Shown here in pieces: positions 37,380-47,243 of a stretch of 64,000 nt of DNA. A program made the translations under genes and the position numbers. A model generated the notes under the pieces. That model was not told the origin of the DNA, did no database searches, and worked only from the letters and a program-made list of their open reading frames with translations. Numbering within the stretch: the first letter of the stretch is position 1; every line of letters begins with the position of its first letter. Source of the stretch: an uncultured delta proteobacterium. Its GTDB lineage: Bacteria > Desulfobacterota > Desulfobacteria > Desulfobacterales > JAHEIW01. The stretch lies in the NCBI GenBank assembly GCA_963706575.1, contig CAVPNL010000001.1:384001-448000 (forward strand), read 5' to 3'.

Positions 37380-38468
37380 ATGGCAAACAGAATATTCAAT
37401 TTTTCAGCCGGGCCCTGCACGTTGCCGCTACCCGCACTCGAAAAAGCGCAGACCGAGTTCGTTGATTACCAGGGTGCTGGAATGTCCCTGACCGAAATGA
37501 GTCACCGGGGCAAACATTACGATGATGTGCACTATGCCGCCATCGCCAATATCCGTGAAGTGCTCAACGTGCCGGAAAGCCACGATGTTTTGTTTATCCA
37601 GGGCGGCGCTACATTGCAGTTTGCCATGGTCCCCTTGAACTTCATAATAGATGGCAAAAGTGCAGAATTTCTCAATACAGGAACCTGGGTCAAAAAAGCG
37701 ATTGCCGATGCCGAAAAGATAGGACCGACCCGTATTGTCTGGACCGGAGAGTCCGAAAATTTTACGCGTATCCCCGGCAAAGATGAGTATAAAGTAGGAG
37801 AAGATGCCGCTTATCTCCACATTTGCGGCAACGAGACCATCGGCGGAATCGAGTACCATGTGTATCCGGATACGTCAGCGGTGCCGCTGGTTGCGGATAT
37901 GTCTTCTCATATCATGTCGCGACCGATCGACTGGAGCAAACTCGACCTGGCGTTTGCCGGTGCTCAGAAAAATCTGGGTCCTGCCGGCCTGGCACTGGTT
38001 ATCATCAATAAAGCTCTTTTGGACAAGTGTAAAGACGGCCTGCCGGCCTATCTGTCCTATAAAACCCATGCCGCTAAAGATTCGCTGTATAACACGCCTC
38101 CGGTGTTTGCCATTTATATGATGAAGCTAACCATTGACTGGGTAAAATCCGAGGGCGGACTGGCTGAAATGGAAAAAAGGGCGCTGGCGCGTTCCGGCGC
38201 GCTTTACGACACCATCGACAGCTCTGGGGGATGGTATCGCTGCCCGGTGGACAAAGCCTCTCGCTCCCGCATGAATGTTTGTTTCCGTCTGCCGACAGAA
38301 GAGCTGGAGACAAAGTTCATTGCTGAAGCGCTAACAGCCAATTTTTCCGGCCTTAAGGGTCACCGTTCAGTTGGCGGTTGCCGGGCATCTATGTACAATG
38401 CCATGCCGCTGGAAGGTGCCGAAAAACTGGCGGAATTTATGGCGGACTTTAAAAAGAAAAACGCTTGA
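37380..38468 (+). CDS. serC: Phosphoserine aminotransferase
   Basis: FNFSAGP, EMSHRG, FIQGGATLQF, NETIGG, ADMSS, AGAQKNLGPAG (PLP lysine), LYNTPP, RSRMNV, GHRSVGGCRASMYNA. Confidence 0.95.
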   Translation: MANRIFNFSAGPCTLPLPALEKAQTEFVDYQGAGMSLTEMSHRGKHYDDVHYAAIANIREVLNVPESHDVLFIQGGATLQFAMVPLNFIIDGKSAEFLNTGTWVKKAIADAEKIGPTRIVWTGESENFTRIPGKDEYKVGEDAAYLHICGNETIGGIEYHVYPDTSAVPLVADMSSHIMSRPIDWSKLDLAFAGAQKNLGPAGLALVIINKALLDKCKDGLPAYLSYKTHAAKDSLYNTPPVFAIYMMKLTIDWVKSEGGLAEMEKRALARSGALYDTIDSSGGWYRCPVDKASRSRMNVCFRLPTEELETKFIAEALTANFSGLKGHRSVGGCRASMYNAMPLEGAEKLAEFMADFKKKNA

Positions 38469-38550
38469 TCAGTAAATTAGGGGAGGGGCTTAGTTCCAAC
38501 CCATAGAACCGGAACTTTTTCACCTTTGGGTCGTGCAGGTTTTTAAATTT

Positions 38551-39765
38551 TTAATCTGACATTCTCAAATCTTTCGCAAAAAGCCAACCGGCAAGCCCAC
38601 ATAAGGCACCCCCGATTCCAATCAGCAAAAATAGGGTGGGTGCATCTATCCATTCCAGGATCAAACCAGACAGTCCCGCAGATATTGCCGACATTCCCAC
38701 CACCGAAAGATGCATCAAGGCAAAAATTCGACCGGTCATATTGGCCGGGACGATATCTTGAATCAACGATGTTCGGGGTACAACCAGCAGCGGGATCGCG
38801 ACAGCGTGAATGGTAACGAGAATAGCCGCGGCACTCAAGGATTGAACAAAATAAATCGGGATAAAGGTAATACCATCCCAGATTATTCCGGTGAGCAGAA
38901 GATAGCCCTTTTTGAAACGGCCCCCGAAAAGAAAAAGGCCGCCGCTGCCGATAAGGGTTCCAACGGCAAAACAAGACATGATTATCGCGTAGGCGGCTGC
39001 GTCCAATCCAAGGGTTTCTCTAACGAACACCGGCGTGCCAACAATTGCCGGTCCCATGATCAAAAGATTATCGGCAATGGTGATCAACAACAGTGGAAAG
39101 ATCACCGAGTGTCTTAAAGCGAAAAGCAGTCCATCCTTGACTTCTTTCAGACCGGTGGCGTCTTTGGTGCTTCCCGAGAATTTCCGGACCGGCCGAATAA
39201 AAAATACGAGGACAAACGAAAACAAATAGGCTGACGAACAGGCTGTAAAGAGATGAACGTTTCCGAAATAATGCAGCAAGAAACCCGCGATAGCAGGACC
39301 GAGCAGCAGCGAAATTTGCCAGGATGTCTGAATGAGCGAGTTCGCTTTCAATAGGCCTTCTTTGGCAACGATCTGCGGTACAAACGCGTCTTTGGCGGGG
39401 TTGAAAAAGGTCGCTGCTATCGCAATGGCAAAGGCATTGATTCCCAGGAATTGAGGATTTAAGAAATCGACGAAAAAAGCGATAGGGATCAAAAAGACCA
39501 GAATAAAGCGAAACGCATCAGATACAAGCATTATTTTTCTTCGATCGCTATGATCAGCAGTAACACCGGCAACCATTGAAAGCAGAACGGCAGGCAAATA
39601 CGAGGCCATGGCAACCATACCGGTGACTGAAGTGGAGCCGGAAAGTTCCAGGACCAGCCACAGCAATCCGATTTGATAGATCGAATCACCACTCTGAGAG
39701 GCCATCTGCCCCAGCCAGAGCAAGGCCAGATTCCGATTTTGAAATATCTTTTGGAAATAAGTCAT
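38551..39765 (-). CDS. MFS transporter (DHA3/MefA-like)
   Basis: LWLGQMASQSGD, AGVTADHSDRRKIM motif A, about 12 hydrophobic segments. Confidence 0.88.
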   Translation of the reverse strand: MTYFQKIFQNRNLALLWLGQMASQSGDSIYQIGLLWLVLELSGSTSVTGMVAMASYLPAVLLSMVAGVTADHSDRRKIMLVSDAFRFILVFLIPIAFFVDFLNPQFLGINAFAIAIAATFFNPAKDAFVPQIVAKEGLLKANSLIQTSWQISLLLGPAIAGFLLHYFGNVHLFTACSSAYLFSFVLVFFIRPVRKFSGSTKDATGLKEVKDGLLFALRHSVIFPLLLITIADNLLIMGPAIVGTPVFVRETLGLDAAAYAIIMSCFAVGTLIGSGGLFLFGGRFKKGYLLLTGIIWDGITFIPIYFVQSLSAAAILVTIHAVAIPLLVVPRTSLIQDIVPANMTGRIFALMHLSVVGMSAISAGLSGLILEWIDAPTLFLLIGIGGALCGLAGWLFAKDLRMSD

Positions 39766-39845
39766 AAGATAATGAATAATGAATGATCGGGCAGGGAGAT
39801 GATTTGATTTGCCCAGAGAAAGCGAATCAATGTCGCCATAAATTT

Positions 39846-39897
39846 AATTAAATATTGAATTCTTTTTACGATGATCATCGAATTTAAACTTTGTCAA
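39846..39897 (-). promoter_or_regulatory. Operator and -35 box upstream of the MFS gene
   Basis: AATTAAATATTGAATT at 39846-39861 (near-perfect palindrome); minus-strand TTGACA at 39897-39892. Confidence 0.6.
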
Positions 39898-40017
39898 ATA
39901 ATGATCACCTCCTATCGAAAAATTCGCGTAAATTGATTGAATTATAAAGTAATATCTATCTAACGCCATGCGGTTAATTTCACTGTCGGATCCTGCATTG
40001 AATAAAGGACTTTTCTC

Positions 40018-40060
40018 TTGACAGGGATTAATTATTGAATTAAAAGTGAAATTAAATTTA
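40018..40060 (+). promoter_or_regulatory. Promoter/operator upstream of the gntR-mutase-Mo enzyme operon
   Basis: TTGACA 40018-40023, GATTAATTATTGAATT 40026-40041, AATTAAATTT; nearly identical to 30573-30615. Confidence 0.68.
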
Positions 40061-40077
40061 ACCGTTTACGAAAGAAA

Positions 40078-40758
40078 ATGACGATGAAAAATGAGAAAGA
40101 AAACAAGACTCTTATAGAGGACGCATACCGTAAAATCAAGCAGATGATCTTTCAGCAAAAGGTCATCCCTGGACAGCGACTGGTTTACAGTGATTTGTGC
40201 AAGCTTTTTGACATGTCCAGAACCCCGATTATTAATGCACTTACTCGACTCGAACAGGAAGGCTTTCTTGTTTCCGAGGCCTTCCGCGGTTTTCAGGTAA
40301 AACCCATCGACCTTCAGGAACTCTGGGACCTTTTCGAAGTGCGCGAAGCACTTGAGTCGTATGCCGTCGAAAAAGCCATCGAAAGAGCCGAGCCTTTAGA
40401 TTTTGAAATACTTGAGGAAAAACTTCGCAATCATCAGCAATACATGCCGGACAGCTACACCCCCAAAAAATTCATGGTGGATGCTGAATTTCATGTTCAG
40501 ATCGCGGCGATGACCAAAAATAAAGTTCTGGAGAAAATGCTGAAGACAAATTTGGAGCACGTCAATCTTCGCTTCCGTTTGGACAGTTGCGATTCTTCAA
40601 GAATGCCGCTGGCGGTTGAGGAGCATCATGAGCTGGTGGAAAGGATGAAGAAGAAGGATGTGTTAAAGAGCGTTGAAATTATCCGAATGCATGTGCGCAG
40701 TGCGCGGGATACGTGTCTAAATTGTCTGTCCATGGAAGAGGAGACAATTGGTCTTTAA
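40078..40758 (+). CDS. GntR family transcriptional regulator (FCD domain)
   Basis: AYRKIKQMI...PGQRL...MSRTPIINALTRLEQEG wHTH; REALE, DAEFH...N, EHHELV FCD residues. Confidence 0.92.
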   Translation: MTMKNEKENKTLIEDAYRKIKQMIFQQKVIPGQRLVYSDLCKLFDMSRTPIINALTRLEQEGFLVSEAFRGFQVKPIDLQELWDLFEVREALESYAVEKAIERAEPLDFEILEEKLRNHQQYMPDSYTPKKFMVDAEFHVQIAAMTKNKVLEKMLKTNLEHVNLRFRLDSCDSSRMPLAVEEHHELVERMKKKDVLKSVEIIRMHVRSARDTCLNCLSMEEETIGL

Positions 40759-40801
40759 TGGATGGGATCGTACTGGCCATTTATTACGCAGGTAAATGAC
40801 G

Positions 40802-42480
40802 ATGGATCAAGGACAGATAAAAAAGGAAATGAAGGCGTGGGAACAAACCGCGCTTAAACGTGTATTGGACAAAAGCTGCTGAACGTGAGGCCGTCTTTAC
40901 CACCGAAAGCGGAATTCCGGTAAAGCGCCTTTACACACCATTGGATTTGCCGGATGCGGACTATAATGGCGATCTGGGTTACCCCGGAGAATATCCCTAT
41001 ACCCGCGGGGTTTATCCCACGATGTATCGCGGACGCCTCTGGACCATGCGAAACTATGCCGGATTTGGCACGGCGGAAGATACCAATAAACGCTTTCGCT
41101 ATCTTCTGGAACAGGGAATGCCGGGATTGTCCGTTGCTTTCGATCTGCCCACCCAGGTTGGATATGATTCCGACCACCCGATGTCAGAAGGCGCAGTGGG
41201 TCGCGTTGGCGTGGCGGTGGACACTCTGGCGGATATGGAGATCATTTTCAATGATATTCCGTTAGACCGGGTTTCGACTTCCATGACCATCAATTCGCCG
41301 GCCACCGTTTTGCTGGCCATGTACATCGCCGTCGGGGAGAAGCAGGGTGTCCCCAAAGAAAAGTTGATGGGCACCACCCAGAACGATATTTTAAAAGAAT
41401 TTATTGCCAGAGGAACCTATATCTTCCCGCCGGAGCCGAGCCTGAAGCTGACCATGGATGTCATTGAGTATTGTTACAAACATGTTCCCAAGTGGAATAC
41501 CCTCAGTATCACCGGATATCATTTCAGAGAGGCCGGTGCAAATGCCATCCAGGAACTGGCCTTTACCCTGGCAGATGCGATCCTCTATATCGAGAATGCG
41601 CTGGAACGCGGTCTGGATGTGGATGATTTTGCGCCCCGATTGTCTTACAGCCTGTCATGCCACCGGGATTTATTCGAGGAAGTGGCCAAATACCGGGCTG
41701 CCAGACGAATGTTCGCAAAAATTGTCAAAGAACGTTTTAATGCTCAAAACCCCAAGAGCTGCCTGTTCAGGACATACAGCGGATCGTGCGGATCAACCTT
41801 GACGCCCCAGCAACCGCAGAATAATATTGTTCGTATCGCCATGCATGCCCTGATGGGGGTTTTGGGCGGCCATCAAGCGATCCATACGGCCTGCTGGGAT
41901 GAGGGTTATGCCATTCCGACCGAAGACTCCGCTCGCCTGGCATTAAGGACCCAACAGATCCTGGCCCACGAGAGCGGTCTTTGTAACACCATTGATCCGC
42001 TGGCCGGTTCCTATTACGTGGAAGCCTTAACCGATGAAATCGAAAAACGGACCTCGGAATATTTAAACAAAATCGATGAAATGGGAGGGATGCTTAAAGC
42101 CATTGAAAACGGTTTTGTCTTCAGAGAGATTCAGGAATCCAGTGTTGAATTTCAGCGCAAGGTGGACAGCGGAGAGAAAGTCATCGTGGGACTGAACAAG
42201 TTCGTCATGCCGGAAGAAGAAGATGTTGAGCAACAGGATATATTTGAATACGATCAACGGATTGAGAAAATTCAGCAAGAAAAACTGGCACAGGTAAAAG
42301 CCAAAAGGGATGCGAAACAGGTGACTGCAGGCTTTGCAGAAGTTAGATCGCGCCATCGATCAAAACGGAAATCTGATGCCGTATATCGTCGATGCTGTCC
42401 AGTGTTACGCCAGTCTTGGCGAAATATGCGGCGTCATGCGGCAGAAATGGGGGGAGTACAGCCCGCCCATCTATCTATAA
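40802..42480 (+). CDS. B12-dependent acyl-CoA mutase, large subunit (split methylmalonyl-CoA mutase family); two 1-nt frameshifts (~40874, ~42325)
   Basis: MDQGQIKKEMKAWEQTALKRVLDK / AAERE.FTTESGIPV, PGEYPYTRGVY, WTMRNYAGFG, GLSVAFDLPTQ, QNDILKEFIARG, GYHFREAG, DPLAGSYYVE; native C-terminus NLMPYIVDAVQCYASLGEICGVMRQKWGEY in the +1 frame, stop at 42480. Confidence 0.9.
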
Positions 42481-42519
42481 CCCATCTCAAAACACAATCG
42501 GAAAACCGGGAAACATACC

Positions 42520-42924
42520 ATGCAAAAACATAAGACGCGTGTTCTGATTGCGAAAGTTGGGCTCGACAGTCATGACCGCGGCGCTAAAATAGTTGCCCGA
42601 TCCCTGCGAGATGCCGGCTTGGAGGTGATCTACACCGGAATCCGCCAAAGCGTGGACCAGGTTATCAGCGCTGTCGTACAGGAAGACGTGGATTTGCTGG
42701 GTCTTAGCTTTTTGGCCGGTGATCATTTGGTCCTGGCGCCAAAGGTAATCCAGGGGCTAAAAGAAAAAGGCCGAGCGGATATCCCGTTACTGGTGGGCGG
42801 CATTATCTTAAAGCGTCACGTTGAAGAACTGGTAAAGATGGGTGTAAAAAAAGTATTTTTACCCGGAACCCCACTGAAGGAAATCGTCAACTATATTCAG
42901 GAAAATGTGTCCCCGCCTTCCTGA
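42520..42924 (+). CDS. Cobalamin-binding small subunit of the acyl-CoA mutase
   Basis: KVGLDSHDRGAK (DxHxxG), LRDAGLEVIYTG, GLSFLAG, VGGII. Confidence 0.93.
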   Translation: MQKHKTRVLIAKVGLDSHDRGAKIVARSLRDAGLEVIYTGIRQSVDQVISAVVQEDVDLLGLSFLAGDHLVLAPKVIQGLKEKGRADIPLLVGGIILKRHVEELVKMGVKKVFLPGTPLKEIVNYIQENVSPPS

Positions 42925-43011
42925 ACGAATCATGAATTCATTGGCATACAGGATTTTCTGAACTTGAAATATGAAAGATAACGGCAAGTGTGCGGAAAGG
43001 GAACGAGTTCG

Positions 43012-45309
43012 ATGACATCATTGAATTATATTGGGAAAAGGCTTCGCAAAAAGGACGGCCGTGAAAAGGTTACCGGACGTGCCATTTACGGACAGGACCT
43101 TGTCTTGCCCAGAATGCTTTATGGTAAAATTCTATACAGCCTTTACCCCCATGCAAAAATCCGCTCAATTGATACCCGCAAAGCCAGGCGGGTACCCGGT
43201 GTCAGAGTTATCCTGACCGGAGACGACATCCCCGATATTCGAATCGGGTTTATCAAGGATAATATGCCCATAAATAAAGGGATCGTGCGCTGGGCCGGTG
43301 ACGAGATAGCGGCAGTAGCAGCAGAATCTGAAGAAGCAGCCGAGGAAGCCTTAGGGTTAATTGAAGTCGACTATGAAGAGCTTCCCGCTGTTTTTACCCC
43401 CGAAGAGGCGCTGGCCGAGGGGGCCCCGATTCTCCACGAAGGGCGCAAATCAAACCGCATTGATGAGATTTGCCGCACCTACCGCAAAGGGAACATTGAA
43501 GAAGGCTTTGCCAAATCCGATATCGTGTTGGAGGAAACCTATCATCTTCAGCATATGCAGCATTGCACCATGGGCACCTATTTTTGTGCGGCGTCTTTTG
43601 ATGCTTCCGGCAGACTGACTGTCTGGTCGCCAACTCAGGTGCCGTTCATTCTCCAGCGGGATATTGCCGATGCCTTGGGCATCAGCGGTCGCGATATTCG
43701 TATTTTGCAACCGACCATCGGAGGCGCTTTTGGTAAAGCACTCGACATGTACGCTTTTGAGGTCATTACGGTGCTGCTGGCCCAAAAAGCAGGCCGGCCT
43801 GTTAAAATCGTGTTTACACGGGAAGAGGAATTTAGCATCGCCTGCAAAAGACAGGCGGCTCAGATTACATTGAAGCACGGCGTTACCAAAGACGGGAAAC
43901 TGATGGCACGCAAAGTTGATATTTTAATGAATGCCGGCGCTTATGTTTCCTGGGGGCCGCTTTCCTCCTGGACCATGGTTCAAACCTTTGGTTCATTTTA
44001 TGAAGTGCCGCATATCGACTTCCTGTGCACACCCGTTTATACCAATATGCCGATCTGCGGCTCAATGCGCGGATACGGTAATCCCCAGGCTCACTTTGCG
44101 CTTGAGTCCCAAATGGACATGCTGGCCGAAGAACTGGGAATGGATGCCGTGGAATTTCGTAAAATCAATGCCAACGAGCCTTACAAAACCACCGAACAGG
44201 GAATCGGGATTACCAGTTGCGGATACATTGAATGTTTGGATGCGGCTTCAGAAGGAATCGGATGGAAGGAAAAACGGGGAAAGCAAACATCACCGGCGCC
44301 CAATAAAGTGCGGGGCATTGGTCTGGCCGGGATGTGGCATGTCGGTGGCGGATCTCGCATCTATCGATCCGATGGCTGCGGGGCCATTGTTAAAATTGAT
44401 GATTTTGGCAATGTCTTTCTCCTGACAGGGGCTTCCGAGATTGGGCAGGGATCCGATACCTCTCTTTGCCAGATCGTGGCGGATGTCCTGGGCGTTCCCT
44501 ATGACAGCATAACTCTGGTAAACAATGATACCGACATCACACCCTGGGATGTTGGCTGTCATGCCAGCCGTACGACCTTTATCGGCGGTAAAGCCGCCTT
44601 ATTTGCCGCCCGCGATGCCCGCAATCAACTGCTGGAAGCTGCCGGGGAAGTTTTTGAAATATCTCCCGAGGATCTTGATATTTATGACGGCATCATTTTC
44701 CCAAAAGATGCACCGAGCAAGGGCATGGCTTTTGAAAAGGTGGTTCGACGCAAACACTTCCAGAGCGGCGGTGATCTCATTATTGGGAAAGGATTTTATG
44801 ATCCGCCGACAACGTTGCTGAGTCCCAAGGATTCGCACGGCAATGTATCGGCGGCCTATACCTTTGCCGGTCAGGCAGTGGAAATTGAAGTGGATACCGA
44901 AACCGGACAGGTCGCGGTCATCAATGCCTCGGTGGCCCACGATATTGGCAAAACCATTAATCCCGTCGGACTTGAGGGTCAGATTGAAGGTGGCGCTGTC
45001 ATGGGATTGGGTTACGCTCTGTTTGAAGAAAGCGAGATCGAGGAGGGCCGGGTAATCAATCCGACGTTTGCCGATTACCATCTGCCGACAAGCCTTGACG
45101 CACCGCCGCTTCAAATTAAGATGGTGGAAACCGATGATCCGGAAGGACCTTTTGGCGCCAAAGGAATTGGCGAATGTGCTTCCATCGCACTGGCACCCGC
45201 TATCGCCAATGCCATTTATGATGCGGTGGGTGTGCGCGTCTATTCATTACCCATGACGCCGCAGAAGGTTTATCAAGCGATCATGAAGAAGAAAATGAAT
45301 AAGACCTGA
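43012..45309 (+). CDS. Xanthine dehydrogenase family molybdopterin-binding subunit
   Basis: EKVTGRAIY, IGGAFGK, MRGYGNPQ, GASEIGQGS, ASRTT, GQIEGG, GPFGAKGIGE. Confidence 0.92.
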   Translation: MTSLNYIGKRLRKKDGREKVTGRAIYGQDLVLPRMLYGKILYSLYPHAKIRSIDTRKARRVPGVRVILTGDDIPDIRIGFIKDNMPINKGIVRWAGDEIAAVAAESEEAAEEALGLIEVDYEELPAVFTPEEALAEGAPILHEGRKSNRIDEICRTYRKGNIEEGFAKSDIVLEETYHLQHMQHCTMGTYFCAASFDASGRLTVWSPTQVPFILQRDIADALGISGRDIRILQPTIGGAFGKALDMYAFEVITVLLAQKAGRPVKIVFTREEEFSIACKRQAAQITLKHGVTKDGKLMARKVDILMNAGAYVSWGPLSSWTMVQTFGSFYEVPHIDFLCTPVYTNMPICGSMRGYGNPQAHFALESQMDMLAEELGMDAVEFRKINANEPYKTTEQGIGITSCGYIECLDAASEGIGWKEKRGKQTSPAPNKVRGIGLAGMWHVGGGSRIYRSDGCGAIVKIDDFGNVFLLTGASEIGQGSDTSLCQIVADVLGVPYDSITLVNNDTDITPWDVGCHASRTTFIGGKAALFAARDARNQLLEAAGEVFEISPEDLDIYDGIIFPKDAPSKGMAFEKVVRRKHFQSGGDLIIGKGFYDPPTTLLSPKDSHGNVSAAYTFAGQAVEIEVDTETGQVAVINASVAHDIGKTINPVGLEGQIEGGAVMGLGYALFEESEIEEGRVINPTFADYHLPTSLDAPPLQIKMVETDDPEGPFGAKGIGECASIALAPAIANAIYDAVGVRVYSLPMTPQKVYQAIMKKKMNKT

Positions 45310-45371
45310 TGGGATGAGGGCTGATTGGTCTGTTGATATAATGCCATTTGAACACAAAGAGGATGATCTAA

Positions 45372-45851
45372 ATGATTTTTGAGGACCATTTTTTAATCGA
45401 GGCTTCGCGGCCCGCTGTATGGGCATATATATGGGATCCGGAGAAGATGAGCCGCTGCGTTCCCGGGGTGGAAGAGGTTGTTGCAGAATCCGATGACAGC
45501 TATTCGGTGCGGGTCAAAACCCGGGTGGGATTCCTGTCGGCCACTTTTAATCTGGGTGTCAAGATTATGGAAGCTGAAGAGCCGGTTCGTCTAATGTCTG
45601 TTTTCGAAGGCAAAGACAGCAAGATTGCCAGCCGGCTAAAGCAGGTCAATACCATGGAGTTGGTTGACGTATCCGCCACCCGGACAGAGATGCGCTATAA
45701 GAGCGAAGTGACGTTGATGGGCAAAATGGCAACCCTGGGTCGCACTGTGATTAAGGGCAAGGCCAAACAAATGATGAAAGAGTTCAGTCAGAAATTGAAG
45801 ACGGAAATCGAGAAAGCCGAAGCGGAAAAGGCAGCGGCCAAGGAGGAATAA
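45372..45851 (+). CDS. CoxG/SRPBCC domain protein
   Basis: VWAYIWDPEKMSRCVPG...GKMATLGRTVI; lies inside the Mo-hydroxylase cluster. Confidence 0.85.
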   Translation: MIFEDHFLIEASRPAVWAYIWDPEKMSRCVPGVEEVVAESDDSYSVRVKTRVGFLSATFNLGVKIMEAEEPVRLMSVFEGKDSKIASRLKQVNTMELVDVSATRTEMRYKSEVTLMGKMATLGRTVIKGKAKQMMKEFSQKLKTEIEKAEAEKAAAKEE

Positions 45852-46724
45852 ATGCAGTCCTTTGAATATTTCGAGGCCAAAAGCCTTGAAGAAGTGGTTC
45901 AGACACTGGCATCCGGTGAAGAGGTTCGCGTGCTGGCCGGCGGATGCGGTATATTGCTTTTGATGAAACAGAACCTTTATTTCCCCCAGGCGCTGGTTAA
46001 TATCAAAAAAATTCCGGGTTTAAAAACCATTGAGCAAGACAACGGGACCATGCATATCGGCACCCTGGCCACCCATAATGAGGTTAGGGGCACGCCCTTG
46101 GTGGAGGAAAAGCTGCCGCTGCTTTCAGAAGCCCTGAGCTATGTGGCCACAAATCGCATTCGCAACATGGCTACTCTGGGCGGCACCCTGGCACATGCGG
46201 ACCCAACTTCCGATGCGGCGCCGGCCCTGCTGGCCCTTGAAGCGAAGGTGGTGGTGATGGGCAGCCAGGGTGAGCGGGTAATTGAACTGGCCGCCTTCTT
46301 TAAAGATTATTTTGAAACCGTACTGGAGCCCAGCGAGGTGCTTAAGGAAATCATTGTGCCGCTGCCGCCCGTGAAGGCCAGAGGTTTTTATACCCGCTTT
46401 CAGGTACGCAAGGCCATGGACAAAGCCATGCCGGGAGTAGCGGTTCTTATTGATTTGGAAGAAGATAAAAAGACGATTCGTTCAGCCCGGATTGGTCTAA
46501 GTGGAGTGGGCAACTGCTGTTTGCGACTTGAAGAGGCTGAACAATTTCTAGCGGGCAAGGAAGATCATGCGGATATTCGTCAAAAGATCGGGGACATCAT
46601 CAAGGCAACAATTGATCCGGTGGAAGAGTATCATTTTACGGTGGATTACAAAAAGCAGATAGCGGCCGTGTTTTTACAACGGGTGTTTGCAGAGGCCTAT
46701 TCAAGAGCTTCAAGTTCAAGCTAG
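45852..46724 (+). CDS. Xanthine dehydrogenase family FAD-binding subunit (CoxM-like)
   Basis: FEYFEAKSLEE, LAGG, IRNMATLGGTLAHADP.SD. Confidence 0.9.
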   Translation: MQSFEYFEAKSLEEVVQTLASGEEVRVLAGGCGILLLMKQNLYFPQALVNIKKIPGLKTIEQDNGTMHIGTLATHNEVRGTPLVEEKLPLLSEALSYVATNRIRNMATLGGTLAHADPTSDAAPALLALEAKVVVMGSQGERVIELAAFFKDYFETVLEPSEVLKEIIVPLPPVKARGFYTRFQVRKAMDKAMPGVAVLIDLEEDKKTIRSARIGLSGVGNCCLRLEEAEQFLAGKEDHADIRQKIGDIIKATIDPVEEYHFTVDYKKQIAAVFLQRVFAEAYSRASSSS

Positions 46725-46739
46725 CAAAGGGGAGCAGAT

Positions 46740-47216
46740 ATGGATCAGCGATATGTGGAGTTATCTATCAATGGTGACCAATACCGGATATCGGTACAGC
46801 CCAATGAATTTTTAGCCGATGTATTGCGCAACAAACTGGATTTAACCGGAACAAAAACAGCTTGCGATATGGGCGTGTGCGGTTCCTGCACGGTGTTGTT
46901 GGACGGGTTGCCGGTCAGTTCGTGTTTGACGCTGGTGGTGGATGCTGAAGGAAAAGAAATTACGACAATAGAGGGACTGGAAAGCGCCGACGGTGAACTG
47001 CATCCGGTCCAGGAGTCATTTTTAGACAAAGGGGCGGTGCAGTGCGGATTTTGCACTGCCGGCATGGTGATGACCACCAAGGGATTCTTAGACAAAAATC
47101 CCAATCCCACAGAACAGGAGATCCGCCAGGCGCTATCGGGAAATATCTGCCGCTGCACCGGTTATGCCAAAATTGTGGAGGCGGTTGAGGATGCCGCCAA
47201 AAAAATGCAGCGTTGA
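46740..47216 (+). CDS. Xanthine dehydrogenase family 2x[2Fe-2S] subunit (CoxS-like)
   Basis: GTKTACDMGVCGSCTV...SC, QCGFCTAG, GNICRCTGY. Confidence 0.94.
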   Translation: MDQRYVELSINGDQYRISVQPNEFLADVLRNKLDLTGTKTACDMGVCGSCTVLLDGLPVSSCLTLVVDAEGKEITTIEGLESADGELHPVQESFLDKGAVQCGFCTAGMVMTTKGFLDKNPNPTEQEIRQALSGNICRCTGYAKIVEAVEDAAKKMQR

Positions 47217-47243
47217 TGAAAAGATCAGGAGCGCGATCTTGTG

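Noticed and set aside
43012..47216. Specific call as 4-hydroxybenzoyl-CoA reductase or aerobic CO dehydrogenase
   Set aside because: It lacks the AYxCSFR loop of CoxL form I, and the FAD subunit has no extra 4Fe-4S insert as in HcrB; only a family-level call is supportable.
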